Source of the DNA: Phoronis australis
Taxonomy: Eukaryota > Animalia > Phoronida
DNA length: 64,000 nucleotides
Direction: 5' to 3'
NCBI GenBank assembly: GCA_002633005.1
Contig: NMRA01000018.1
Coordinates: forward strand, 304,291-368,290
Below are positions 56,401-64,000 of this stretch, piece after piece. Positions within the stretch are counted from its first letter, which is position 1. Each line of letters begins with the position of its first letter. Made by a program: the position numbers and the translations under genes. The notes beneath the pieces are model-generated. The model had not been told where the DNA came from and did no database searches. It saw only the letters and a list, made by a program, of their open reading frames with translations.

Positions 56401-59400
56401 ATGGTCATTGTAAACGAAAAAAATGTATGGTTTTTACAGCCGAAAAGATTCCTTTATCGGATTTCAAATAAAATGCTTCCACATATTTCACAGACCGTCG
56501 CAGGAGGGAAACAAACGTACAGTACCCACTGGAGATCTTGCGGGCTCCCGATGTTACATCTACTCCGCCACATGTGCAGATCACATCAGTTGAAGGGAAC
56601 ACTTCACCTCACATTAACTTTAGTGGCTCAAGCACATAACAAAACCTTCCTGAACAAACTGACTTTTTCACAGGGAACAAAATACATTAAATTTGGACAC
56701 TGGAAGCTCTTGACTTAAGACGGTTAGATTTACAGGTTGCCCCTTTATTTGCTTTCATGTGGTGCTTTCTTGTAAAGAACAATTCTGATGAAAGTCTCAT
56801 GCAAGGAATGATCTGAGTTTAGGATCTCATCTCCGAACAATCACGTTGCACGATTAGAGTACAAATATGCAAGTTAACTGCCTCAATGTCAATTTTTTAG
56901 GTGAATTTCGAGTTCAGAGCTTAGACCTCGGGCCCTGGTGTTATTTTTACATTCTAATATTAGATGAATACTATGTCAAGCTACGCACACTTCATTTTTG
57001 AACACGTTCAAGAACACAATCATATTATTGACTGGGAGTTTGCTAGTATTTATTACATCGAGACCAGGTACATTTCCTAGAATGATCAGGGAAGCTGTCT
57101 ACATCAGGCATCATACTCCCTCTATCAGCAGAGACAGGGTCTGTAATTGCCTGTATACACAACCAAGTACAGGCCACTAGTGCACCCAACATTCCGAGGA
57201 AGACAGCCGTCGAAGGCAGTCGAAAGTCTCAATGATAAGATGTATTTGCTTGCTTGTGTTCGATAACCCCCTCTATTATAAACATGGAAAAATCTTTAAA
57301 GAGGTTTTGTAAGAAAATGCAGCTGATAGGTAGCACAAAAGTGGAAGGACAACAGCATGACATGCAGAGACGACAGTAGTATGCACCCCGACTATGCATA
57401 AGTGGGCACAAAAACTCACCATCAAAGCTTGTTCTCTTAATTTGAGGTCCACGTCAAATGTCAGTGAAGTGAGCTTCGGGACTAATTCAACAAACTGCAG
57501 ACAGCGATCACAGAACGCAGACATACTGAAAGGGCAAAAAAAAAAAACAACTCCCAACAAATACACCTTGAGAAGTATAGCGGCAAGATGAGACAATAAC
57601 AATAACAATACTTAATACTTATACTCAGCTTCAGTTCCTACTGAATCAGGCTTACTAAAAGTGTGTTGGACCCTTGAATCTCCAAATTTGGCAAACTTTG
57701 GAACATCATTTCTCAGAAACGACGGATTGTATTCATAAGAAACTTGCAGATACCATGCATTATGGACTGTTCTCCAGGACATAGTCAGGGATTGGTTTTA
57801 AAAATTACCTCTATTGCATGAAGTGCTATCAACATGTACACCATGTAACATAGGATTTCAGATAACGGAAGTTATTAATCGTAAGAAGTTACTTCAAATC
57901 CTTGAATTATTGGGTTAGAAGAGTCCATTTAGGCTGATTTTGTAGGAAGAGTCCATTTAGGCTAATTTTGTAGGAAGAGTCCATTTAGGCTAATTTTGTA
58001 GGAAGAGTCCATGTCAATTTCTTACAAGTCTTTAGTTACGGCTTCCTCCCAGGACTGTAAAGTGGCAAAGTAGGCATTACACACGATGACGAGGTCCAGG
58101 AGAATCTGTTGACACCATGGCTGATCTGTGACCACCTTGTTCTCCAGGATGTCGGAGATTAACGTCAAGGCATGTCCCGGAATGTTGGCTTTAGTTAGGA
58201 ATGGTTGCAGTTCCTCGAGGCTGCTGCAAACAGAGAGGACGTGAGATGACTCACAGGAGGCATTAGTTTAGGATTGCCAGATTATGAAAGTCGTGCTTCA
58301 CATTTACCGTAAAAATTCTTCAATTCCTAACAAAAATATTGTTGAATTTTTTTACTTTTCAAAGGCTTACAACATTGCAGAAAATGGTCAAAATTTACAA
58401 AACGTTATATTTTTTCTTATTATGACCGCCTATGTGACTAATGATTTGTTTTAATAATTTATCTAAAACTGAGACATTATGTCAATGAAAATAATAGTGA
58501 CTTAGTCCTTAAATTGAGGGTGTTGCATGAAAAGATATTTATATATTTTCACTGAAACATTCAGAATTCAATGTAGAGTTTGCTCTAAGTGTATTTTAAA
58601 GTAAAAAATTCAGTTAGTGATGAGTATAAAATAGAGAAGAACAATCAGTAATTTCACAAGTTCACGAATGCAGCGAAAAGTTAAGAATCATAGTTGAGTT
58701 CCTATTTGAGACTTTTTCCTGTAACTGGGCACAAAAATTGTACCAAGCTCACGGTAAAATTAGTCAATAATACTGATGTCACGTGCAAGTCGTGACATTT
58801 AACTTGAATGTGCAGAACATTCATCAAATGCTCAGATGAAGCTTGGACAACTGACAATAAAATGAAAAGTTATGAACGCTTACTATAAAGTACACTAGAC
58901 CCTGTTTGAGCTTATTAACAGACATTTTCCACGACTGTACGTCAAGTCTGTAACAAAATGTTCTGTAACGCTCCTCAAACCTCAAAATTTTGGAACATGT
59001 TAGAAAACTCCTAACGACTGCTAAATGGCCAAGTATGGCCAATGCTTATGGGAAAGACCACCAAGCACTGCAGGCCCACTTCATGAAATAAATTAAATGG
59101 AGAATAAGACATGAATTACTCGAATAATGCGTACAACCAATAGAATGTTACAGAATCACTTTTGGGCACTATCAATCAAAATGTGATTAGTTGCAGCTAT
59201 TACTTACCACTGGAGAGATATCACATTTGTGATCACTCTCAATACAGGTCTGAGTCGTGACGCTCCTTCTAGCAATCCCTGCACCACCTGTTCAGTGGAC
59301 GACTGAAGACGAGACTTCAATTTAGACAGGAAAGCCTTGTTCTTGATCAGAGCCAGGGTCTGTGCCGGGTCCTTGTCAGGTTCAGTACGCTCATTCAGTG

Positions 59401-62400
59401 CCATCCACTCATCATCACTATCAATATCCTGTAGTCAATAATGTAAGCGAATGTGCTGTACAATTCTATGACACGGAAACTGTGGATAGTCCTGCACGTC
59501 AACAAAACAGCAAATGTGTATGAAATGTGACAACTAAAAGTTATGTTGCGAATGCTGTCAGAGGCTCCAAACTCTGCAGCTTACCCCATTTACACACCAC
59601 TCGACCTTATTCCGCATATCGACCTCAGCCTTCGGTCTCGGGTGATACGCGGAATAATGTCTTGTGGGATATTATTTCATCTACCCTACTTGATGTACGT
59701 TTTCTATACGCTTCGAATATTTGTTTCTTTTATTTCTTCCGCAAATCTTTCAAATAATTCACCTAGTCTAGTCTGTTCATGTAGCGGATCACAACCTATA
59801 GTGTATGTAATTGTGTGTAATGTTTAGTTTACTCTAAGTAAAAGAAAACAGTATTGAATGTAACAAATTATTATGTGAAAAGAGATAACAAAGATTAAAA
59901 CAATGGAAATTGTGCACTAAACTTGTAACAATTTTTGTAAATAATTGAATACCAAGAATAAATAACACTGTAGTTACTGAGAAAGTGGCGCCAGAGTTGC
60001 TGACAATATAAAAGTTTAGCAAATAAAACCGAGACAAAAGTGTTATATAGTTAACAGTTTTGTACCAGATGTTATGTTTGTGACCTAATTACATGTCAAT
60101 TGCTATTTATACAGCTGTAACTTAACTTTAAGCTATTTTATAAAGTTTGACGACCGAGCCGGCTAGCGACGTCGAGTCAACATTAACCTACCTTTTGTAT
60201 TTTTTCATGTCTGAATATAGAGGGCATTACGAAAAACAATACCACGTGGCCGTATTGCAGTCAACTTAATCAACGCATATGGAATAAAGACAGATGTTCA
60301 AACACAATCATGAATTTTGTATTTATTGTCTAGAGTTTGAATTTAGAATTGAGGTATTCAATGTGACTGCATACACATTCAGATGTCAAAAGGCTCTGAG
60401 AACAACTTAGCTTTACCTCACCAAACCCATCCAGTTTGACATTTTCCATGTTTTTTGTGTCTGTCTTCCTTGCCATCTTTCTACTCTCCACTTCTACAGC
60501 AGGGAACTCTTCTGCGTAGTCTTTACTCACTCGGTCTGGTCTGGGTGTTGGCTGAGCCTAGACACAACATAAAAAAGTTTCCCGTTGAAGTTGGCTAAAA
60601 CCGTAAATCAAATCAGGGCTTTTACCCTCCTAAAATAGGACTTATAATATTCCCTACAATGCTATGAATCTATTTTTGTTACCAACAAGAATTACTGGGG
60701 TTCGCCTAAGATAATCTTGTTGGTAACACATAGAATCCTATCATGGTAATGGATATTATAAGACCAATTTTACGAGAGTATAAAGCCTAATTGCATTTTC
60801 GTTTTTAGCTAATTAAACAGGGCTAAATGCAACTGTAATTGACACAATCGTCACTCACTTCCAAGACAGATTCAAACTCAAGACCTCAGTGGCCACAGTC
60901 AAAACACTTTGCCAACGGAGCAAAACCAAACTTGGTTGAGTATTTTAAGCATTAAACTCACTGACCTCAATCTCAGCGAATGACATACAGCCAATGGTGA
61001 GAAATGGTAATTCCTAATAAACCACAATAGACCTTTGTTCATTGAACTCTGGTCAAGAAGTTTGTCCTATCCAACATTAACCTCAAAAATGCCATTTTTG
61101 GTCATAAAACCAAATGTGTCCTTTTGTTCATGTTAAGGGGTTTCGAATAAAAGAATGACTAAAAATTGGCAAGAGAACTATAATATCATGACACTTTTCA
61201 AACTTACAGATAAACTTCAACAATTTCATAATTTTGGTTGAACAAAACCTGGTTTAAGGCATAAATCTGGTCTTATTAAACTTTGATTTCACCAAGTGGT
61301 TTAAAACCTGAAAGCCGGGTTTTAACTGCACTAGGGAGCAGAGTAACAGCACAAACTACCTAAAATGAACAAACTGCTGCAATCCTCAAACTGCCAGTTT
61401 GTTCAAACTTCTAAAGCACGAGCCGCCATATTTTTTCATTATGACACTTTGTGGCTTGAAGAAGTTGCACAAACAATCACAATCAGAGAGCAAAAACAAC
61501 TTTAATCAGACACTAACAAATACAATTAGTTGCTTCGCAATTAGCAGAGAACAATATTTTAAAGATGTGTAGTTTCACGACATCTTGTGTACTCACACCC
61601 AGCAATTTGTTTTTGTTGCAATTTATTTCTCATCCATCCACAAGACAACTGCTCACGGTCGGCGTACCTTACTGACACCTGTGTGTTCCCATTGTTGAGT
61701 GTGGGGCCTTTCAGGGTGCACAGGTATCGGTCCCTTGTCCTCCTGTGTCCAGGCCTCGGCACGGATGCCCTCCTTTTTCTGCTCAGCCTTGGCTGCCTTC
61801 TTGCGTGCTCGGTTGAGTATCTTAGACGTCCCCGGTGGATGGGCTTTTTCCTTGACCTGCTTCTCCTTGACGATTTGCATAGACGCAGACAATGGCTTAG
61901 TGAAGGGGCTAGGCATGGTCAAATCCTCTTCAGAGACTAGGGAAAAACAACATAATAGTTACTCTCCAGGAAACCCAACACTTTCATACAGACTAGCACA
62001 GTCAACAATAGGGTGCCCACCACAAGTGCAAATTACACAAAAGAGTACAGCGTAACAGTTTAATGAGAAGCCAATTTTTAATCTTTGCCGCGTTCTTTCA
62101 AAGGCTAAGAGTTTCGTGAGCAAAAACAAGCAATTACATAAAAAACAAACTGTTTAATGAACTGTCAAATTTCCTTAGGTACGTTATAACTCTGCCCTAC
62201 CCTTTCAAGGAGTAAGAGTTTCATTCATGGGAAGTCCATGGTTACACAATCCTTTTGAAACATCCTGTGAGACCACAACACATAACATACGAAACTCAGC
62301 ACTGCATTCAACAGGACAAAATCACTCCTGTAATACTAGTTAAAAGATCCATGCAGAGCCTTCTATGAAAACCAATTGCTTCATGTTTGGGGTGGAACCT

Positions 62401-63581
62401 TTGTTTTGGTTCTCTAAAATGTCAATTTAATTAGCATTTTTAATCACACGTGATAACACCACAGTATAAACAGAGTTCAGGGTTCAATTTGGTGACCTCA
62501 GATTTTGTTTTGACGACCAGGCAAAAATTTCCCAAACACATCCGATATCGCACTCAAAATACTACAGGCAGTAATCAGATGGGAGTTGGAGTCATTCAGC
62601 AAAGAATTGGAAGGGCCCATTCATGAGTCACGCACAGATAGCCTGTGCCAATTTGTCCACTTCTGCCCAAGGTGAGCCACCATGGAGAGAAATTGGTGCT
62701 GGTTGTTACCAGGCATGCGAGACACTTCTCATTTCTGTTCGATTATTAAAACGCTGTTGAGGCGTTCTCCGGTGCACTGGCGGACATTTGTCGAGTTCGT
62801 CCGTTCTTCAATTCACGTTTTCAGTTGCTGTTAAGTAATGTTTGCAGGGGCCAGAACTTGTTTTGGGGACCCCAGTTCTCGTTTGGCGACCTGGGAATCC
62901 AGCCAAGTCACAGGTGGTGAGCTGAAGTTGTGCTTTTAGAAGTATCGATCCCTGAACTTCAATGACTGCTTCAACAGGAAGACTCACTCAAAACTCCAAC
63001 TTGAAATGAATAGTGCTGCATGGGAATTGAAACCTAGTAACGTATTAAATGCAGTTAATGTTACACTCATATGCAGGACACCTTCCTTAATGGCCCTTAA
63101 ACATAATTATGTTCCAAGCCATATGTGTTTGATTATAAAGGCCATGTTTATAACCCGTAACAGCACCCGCAGCTGCACACCAACACTATGCGTCTTGAGG
63201 TGTTAGGAATAGCATGTAACATATAAAATAAAACTGTCATTTGGGGGCCAGTATAGCTCAAATCCATCTGAAACCAGGCAAGTGCTGTCTTCTCCTTGAA
63301 ATTCAAACTTATTTGCTCGCAATTTTTCAACTCCTTGCAAGCACAAATACATACCGACGACGCCATCCTTCACAAACGGGTGAAACAATAGGTCTGGCCA
63401 TGACAGTCTGGCCCCAGGGTCCTTGGTGAGTAGGCCCTGAAGGAAGTCCTTGAACACACTGCTCATGGTCTTGGGCCAGCGGACAGGATCCTTGAGGATG
63501 AGACTGACCAGTTGGAAGATGCTGTTGGTGTAGAATGGTGGCTGACCATCAAACAACTCGTAAAGGATGCAGCCGAGAGCC
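5163..63581 (-). CDS. STK36: Serine/threonine kinase 36 (Fused homolog), multi-exon, 5'-partial (upstream kinase exons outside window)
   Basis: 23 exons with GT-AG boundaries and consistent phases. The first reads (W)[36 protein letters not shown]...[28 protein letters not shown], the typical STK36/Fu kinase subdomain IX-XI. C-terminal ARM/HEAT-like motifs include [31 protein letters not shown] and ALGNMCLHS. Confidence 0.93.
5617..5952 (-). mobile_element. Tc1/mariner transposase 3' remnant
   Basis: Frameshifted peptides WPAHSCDL (WPPxSPDL-like) and [11 protein letters not shown]...[18 protein letters not shown]. Confidence 0.75.
6030..6290 (+). mobile_element. Second Tc1/mariner transposase 3' remnant, opposite orientation
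   Basis: [30 protein letters not shown] matches the P.DYFLWG.LK.KVY...P.T..ELK..I consensus. Confidence 0.72.
6349..6421 (-). CDS. STK36: STK36 exon
   Basis: gcag|[27 protein letters not shown]|gtaagt; 73 nt. Confidence 0.9.
7420..7549 (-). CDS. STK36: STK36 exon
   Basis: tcag|[44 protein letters not shown]|gtacgt. Confidence 0.92.
8052..8112 (-). CDS. STK36: STK36 exon
   Basis: tcag|[21 protein letters not shown]|gtaaag; 61 nt. Confidence 0.9.
8640..8911. repeat. ~58-bp minisatellite (about 4.5 copies) overlapping an STK36 exon end and its splice donor
   Basis: Unit approx gacactgtctcaggcactcacctgtcctcgagtgtaccatacataactgatgcatca. Confidence 0.9.
8892..9015 (-). CDS. STK36: STK36 exon
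   Basis: ttag|[44 protein letters not shown]|gtgagt. Confidence 0.92.
10298..10687. other. Assembly gap (390 N)
   Basis: Run of N. Confidence 1.
10909..11053 (-). CDS. STK36: STK36 exon
   Basis: ccag|[49 protein letters not shown]|gtaagt; its phase 0 start matches the 41832 exon end. Confidence 0.88.
12040..13240 (+). mobile_element. Degenerate LINE (L2/Crack/CR1-group) reverse transcriptase remnant
   Basis: [36 protein letters not shown] (GVPQGSILG-like), KYLGI, HNTR; many stops and frameshifts; boundaries approximate. Confidence 0.85.
17130..18281 (+). mobile_element. Helentron/HINE-type non-autonomous element with internal ~430-bp tandem units
   Basis: Units marked by atgacctttgcactaattgacc...tccggtgcatta at ~17186, ~17616 and ~18046; (AAGAAT)n microsatellite at ~18200-18221; terminal hairpin tactctgcgc-ttaca-ggcgcagagta; left boundary approximate. 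Confidence 0.65.
18649..19305. mobile_element. MITE, homologous to 28078-28584
   Basis: Shared colinear motifs (ccgttcatac, ggtgacgctg, ttgacgata, ggcgataact, ttcatactg, tcgacgcgt, ttagtatg..gggcc). Confidence 0.7.
19794..19855. repeat. Compound microsatellite (TGTC)n/(TGCG)n/(TG)n
   Basis: Seen directly. Confidence 0.85.
20104..20190. repeat. ~48-bp tandem duplication
   Basis: taaaacttgcgggcaccactaagta.caaactaaaa occurs twice. Confidence 0.85.
20299..21221. mobile_element. Kolobok-like internally deleted DNA transposon (THAP remnant on +, KolX-like remnant on -)
   Basis: TTAA on both sides (20295-98, 21222-25); imperfect TIR AGTGTACACAACATGA / ACAGTACACACCATGG (12/16); frameshifted THAP RCV.GGCSN...PKD...KW..FV...[11 protein letters not shown]; convergent acidic ORF starting at 21017. 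Confidence 0.7.
23050..23298. mobile_element. MITE (PIF/Harbinger-like) with CTG target-site duplication
   Basis: TIR gggcccgttccaacaaaactgactta / taagtcagtttcttggaacaggccc flanked by ctg on both sides. Confidence 0.8.
24135..25580. repeat. ~720-bp tandem duplication separated by a single N (probable assembly artefact)
   Basis: 24135-24859 and 24861-25580 are nearly identical; N at 24860. Confidence 0.9.
28078..28584. mobile_element. MITE with ggccctttcata...tatgaaaggccc TIRs
   Basis: Terminal inverted repeats in a TA-rich target context; second copy at 18649-19305. Confidence 0.75.
28686..29367. repeat. ~145-bp direct repeats (28686-28831 and 29221-29367)
   Basis: cccgaataatagataaatga...ccagagatgaaaaggagaccgaggtaggcgatataaggtcatttattatgactaat... 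present twice. Confidence 0.85.
31407..31545. repeat. Long fold-back palindrome (probable palindromic MITE)
   Basis: gtaaaagtggcgtaaa...cttcaaaatggcta...gaataac / gttattc...tagccattttgaag...tttacgccacttttac. Confidence 0.85.
33552..34633. mobile_element. Non-autonomous TIR DNA transposon with THAP-domain start remnant (Harbinger/ISL2EU-like)
   Basis: Termini ttgcgagttt / aaactcgcaa; sub-terminal inverted repeat tgtgacgtcaccggaa / ttccggtgacgtcaca; ATG at 33705 reads [22 protein letters not shown]. Confidence 0.68.
35676..35835. repeat. 78-bp tandem duplication
   Basis: accacaatactgaagcccct.atcactc.tg..atattcattatgatgtcaa.tgtaccaggctggcctt.ccagctt occurs twice. Confidence 0.9.
36083..36270. 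repeat. 38-bp tandem repeat (x3) within a dispersed repeat also present at ~60630-60835
   Basis: actgaaatagaatcctataatggtaaggaatatcataag x3; tagaatcctatcatggtaatggatattataagac at ~60731 with a similar downstream flank. Confidence 0.8.
37638..38396 (+). CDS. Nested antisense gene: 252-aa single-pass membrane protein with PPxY and LPxY motifs (Commissureless/PRRG4-like architecture, putative Nedd4-family adaptor)
   Basis: Longest clean ORF in the window. A splice acceptor (tttttttag) ends at 37609 and an in-frame TAA precedes the ATG. N-terminal N-glycosylation sequons (NST, NNT, NAS), hydrophobic helix [23 protein letters not shown] followed by [23 protein letters not shown]-terminal VTHL; AATAAA near 39892. 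Confidence 0.85.
   Translation: MAVNSTQPWTMAITDLSVRLGNNTDLNASQMVTEPNFIKPMVRFGRGSTDFTPPQKLDTINLVMTVSGVVAFIIVWVVCALIFCKRTRNGNLTLSDHQCRESESVDEDNVQSEQMENEKKYSPPPYEVAVKMAKPTKTSDRQDVAKESKTCQSSAISLCVPSTSCNNNVGNPSTEGTQSQKIVNVIVTIEQYSTVDNIGTSRIISAEINPQTNALVGIDNPGFVDDLPNYETALAIVALTGHVNDRKQVTHL
41052..41547. mobile_element. MITE with CAGTGCTCGA TIRs (hAT-like ends)
   Basis: cagtgctcga...tcgagcactg; repeated subterminal tggcgact motifs; no clean 8-bp TSD seen. Confidence 0.65.
41832..41997 (-). CDS. STK36: STK36 exon
   Basis: ctag|[56 protein letters not shown]|gtaagt. Confidence 0.9.
43743..43862 (-). CDS. STK36: STK36 exon P duplicate (block 1)
   Basis: Same peptide as 46144-46263, with one synonymous Leu codon difference seen. 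Confidence 0.7.
44601..44704 (-). CDS. STK36: STK36 exon O duplicate (block 1)
   Basis: Identical to 47015-47118 with intact splice sites. Confidence 0.7.
46144..46263 (-). CDS. STK36: STK36 exon P (copy in duplicated block 2)
   Basis: ccag|[42 protein letters not shown]|gtacgt; 120 nt. Confidence 0.87.
47015..47118 (-). CDS. STK36: STK36 exon O (copy in duplicated block 2)
   Basis: gcag|[36 protein letters not shown]|gtgaga; 104 nt. Confidence 0.85.
47723..47935 (-). CDS. STK36: STK36 exon
   Basis: gcag|[22 protein letters not shown]...[25 protein letters not shown]|gtaaga; the W..LSPQG motif is characteristic of STK36. Confidence 0.92.
48868..49059 (-). CDS. STK36: STK36 exon
   Basis: gtag|[19 protein letters not shown]...[26 protein letters not shown]|gtacgt; 192 nt. 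Confidence 0.9.
50620..50683 (-). CDS. STK36: STK36 exon
   Basis: ttcag|[22 protein letters not shown]|gtaatt; 64 nt, phase 2 to 0. Confidence 0.85.
51308..51402 (-). CDS. STK36: STK36 exon
   Basis: ttcag|[33 protein letters not shown]|gtaagt. Confidence 0.87.
52050..52148 (-). CDS. STK36: STK36 exon
   Basis: ttcag|[33 protein letters not shown]|gtaaca; 99 nt. Confidence 0.87.
52897..53004 (-). CDS. STK36: STK36 exon
   Basis: gcag|[36 protein letters not shown]|gttggt; 108 nt. Confidence 0.87.
54202..54332 (-). CDS. STK36: STK36 exon
   Basis: atag|[45 protein letters not shown]|gtaagt. Confidence 0.88.
54703..54935. repeat. 38-bp minisatellite (about 6 copies)
   Basis: atggcaggtcaccttacacatcaaaaacagtctcacta and variants. 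Confidence 0.92.
56013..56069. repeat. 27-bp tandem duplication
   Basis: atgtgggtcaattcacccatatcaaca x2. Confidence 0.85.
56151..56307 (-). CDS. STK36: STK36 exon
   Basis: tttag|[53 protein letters not shown]|gtgctc; weak donor but the phase fits the next exon. Confidence 0.82.
57040..57235 (+). mobile_element. Penelope-like element 3' remnant (GIY-YIG C-terminus plus degenerate hammerhead core)
   Basis: [22 protein letters not shown] resembles the REAIYIR...P.LNRD.G end of PLE endonucleases; followed by ccgagga-stem-gaaa. Confidence 0.65.
57420..57525 (-). CDS. STK36: STK36 exon
   Basis: ttcag|[36 protein letters not shown]|gtgagt. Confidence 0.88.
57918..58012. repeat. 28-bp minisatellite (about 3.4 copies)
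   Basis: gaagagtccatttaggctaattttgtag repeated just inside the intron next to the donor at 58025. Confidence 0.9.
58026..58223 (-). CDS. STK36: STK36 exon (tandem CAGCAG acceptor)
   Basis: [67 protein letters not shown]|gtaaga; not in the ORF track but open and phase-compatible. Confidence 0.88.
59208..59428 (-). CDS. STK36: STK36 exon
   Basis: acag|[16 protein letters not shown]...[24 protein letters not shown]|gtaagt. Confidence 0.92.
60417..60557 (-). CDS. STK36: STK36 exon
   Basis: ctag|[27 protein letters not shown]...GFGE|gtaaag; 141 nt. Confidence 0.88.
61668..61936 (-). CDS. STK36: STK36 exon
   Basis: ctag|TC TCT GAA...AGT AAG|gtacgc; [46 protein letters not shown]...; phase 1 to 0. 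Confidence 0.88.
63355..63581 (-). CDS. STK36: STK36 exon (kinase C-lobe)
   Basis: ctag|G GCT CTC GGC TGC...GTC GTC G|gtatgt; [17 protein letters not shown]...HPFVKDGVV. Confidence 0.95.
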
Positions 63582-64000
63582 CTAGGGGAGAGAATTGTAT
63601 TTTGTGCGTTGTTAGGAGCTTCACCTGTATATTATATGTAATCATAGACTATAGTACATAGACCCCAAACTCAGTATAATTATTTTCAATGGATGAAATC
63701 TGTGATTTTACGCCGAAGCCGTGACGTCATTGTTCACTACTGACAGCTGGCACATACAGCACGCTTAACTTCCGGCAAGTATGTCGTCTGCTAATCATGG
63801 TCATTTTCGTCGGAATTTTGCCCAACTCACACCCGTGCTTGAACAAATTGAACGCTCATAAAACGTTAACTTCTTAAACCTCATATTAATACTCCAGAAT
63901 AAACTACCAGGCCTACTCAAAAATCACTCTCGCACTTCAAAAACAGTTTACACACTCCACGGGACATTTCATTTTGAGCTCGAATGCATACCAGTGCCAC

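Noticed and set aside
56785-56830. CTGATGA as a hammerhead core
   Set aside because: No stem II closed by GAAA follows.
61651-61657. Alternative donor gtgagc 11 nt downstream of the STK36 exon end
   Set aside because: It gives phase 2, incompatible with the phase-0 next exon at 60557.
61587-62055. Plus-strand 117- and 118-aa ORFs
   Set aside because: Antisense shadows of STK36 exon 61668-61936.

Overview
AT-rich eukaryotic genomic DNA, most likely from an invertebrate animal, with spliceosomal GT-AG introns, a 390-N gap and two single-N joins. The main feature is the 3' portion of a minus-strand STK36/Fused-type kinase gene. I traced 23 coding exons by hand from 63581 down to the stop at 5163, and all splice phases are consistent. 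They cover the end of the kinase domain, the linker and the ARM/HEAT-like C-terminus; the 5' exons lie beyond the window. One intron (11054-41831) is about 30.8 kb. It holds an antisense single-coding-exon gene (37638-38396) for a signal-peptide-less single-pass membrane protein with PPPY and LPNY motifs and a C-terminal PDZ-type motif, an architecture resembling Commissureless/PRRG4-type Nedd4 adaptors. At the left end, a plus-strand spliced gene appears to finish in a truncated P-element-transposase-like exon. The introns contain many transposon relics: Kolobok-like and THAP-bearing non-autonomous elements, MITEs, a LINE RT, Tc1/mariner fragments, a Penelope end with a degenerate hammerhead core, and a Helentron-type element. 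Two near-identical tandem duplications flank the single Ns, one of them including two STK36 exons; both are probably uncollapsed haplotypes. All family assignments come from motif recognition, not database searches.
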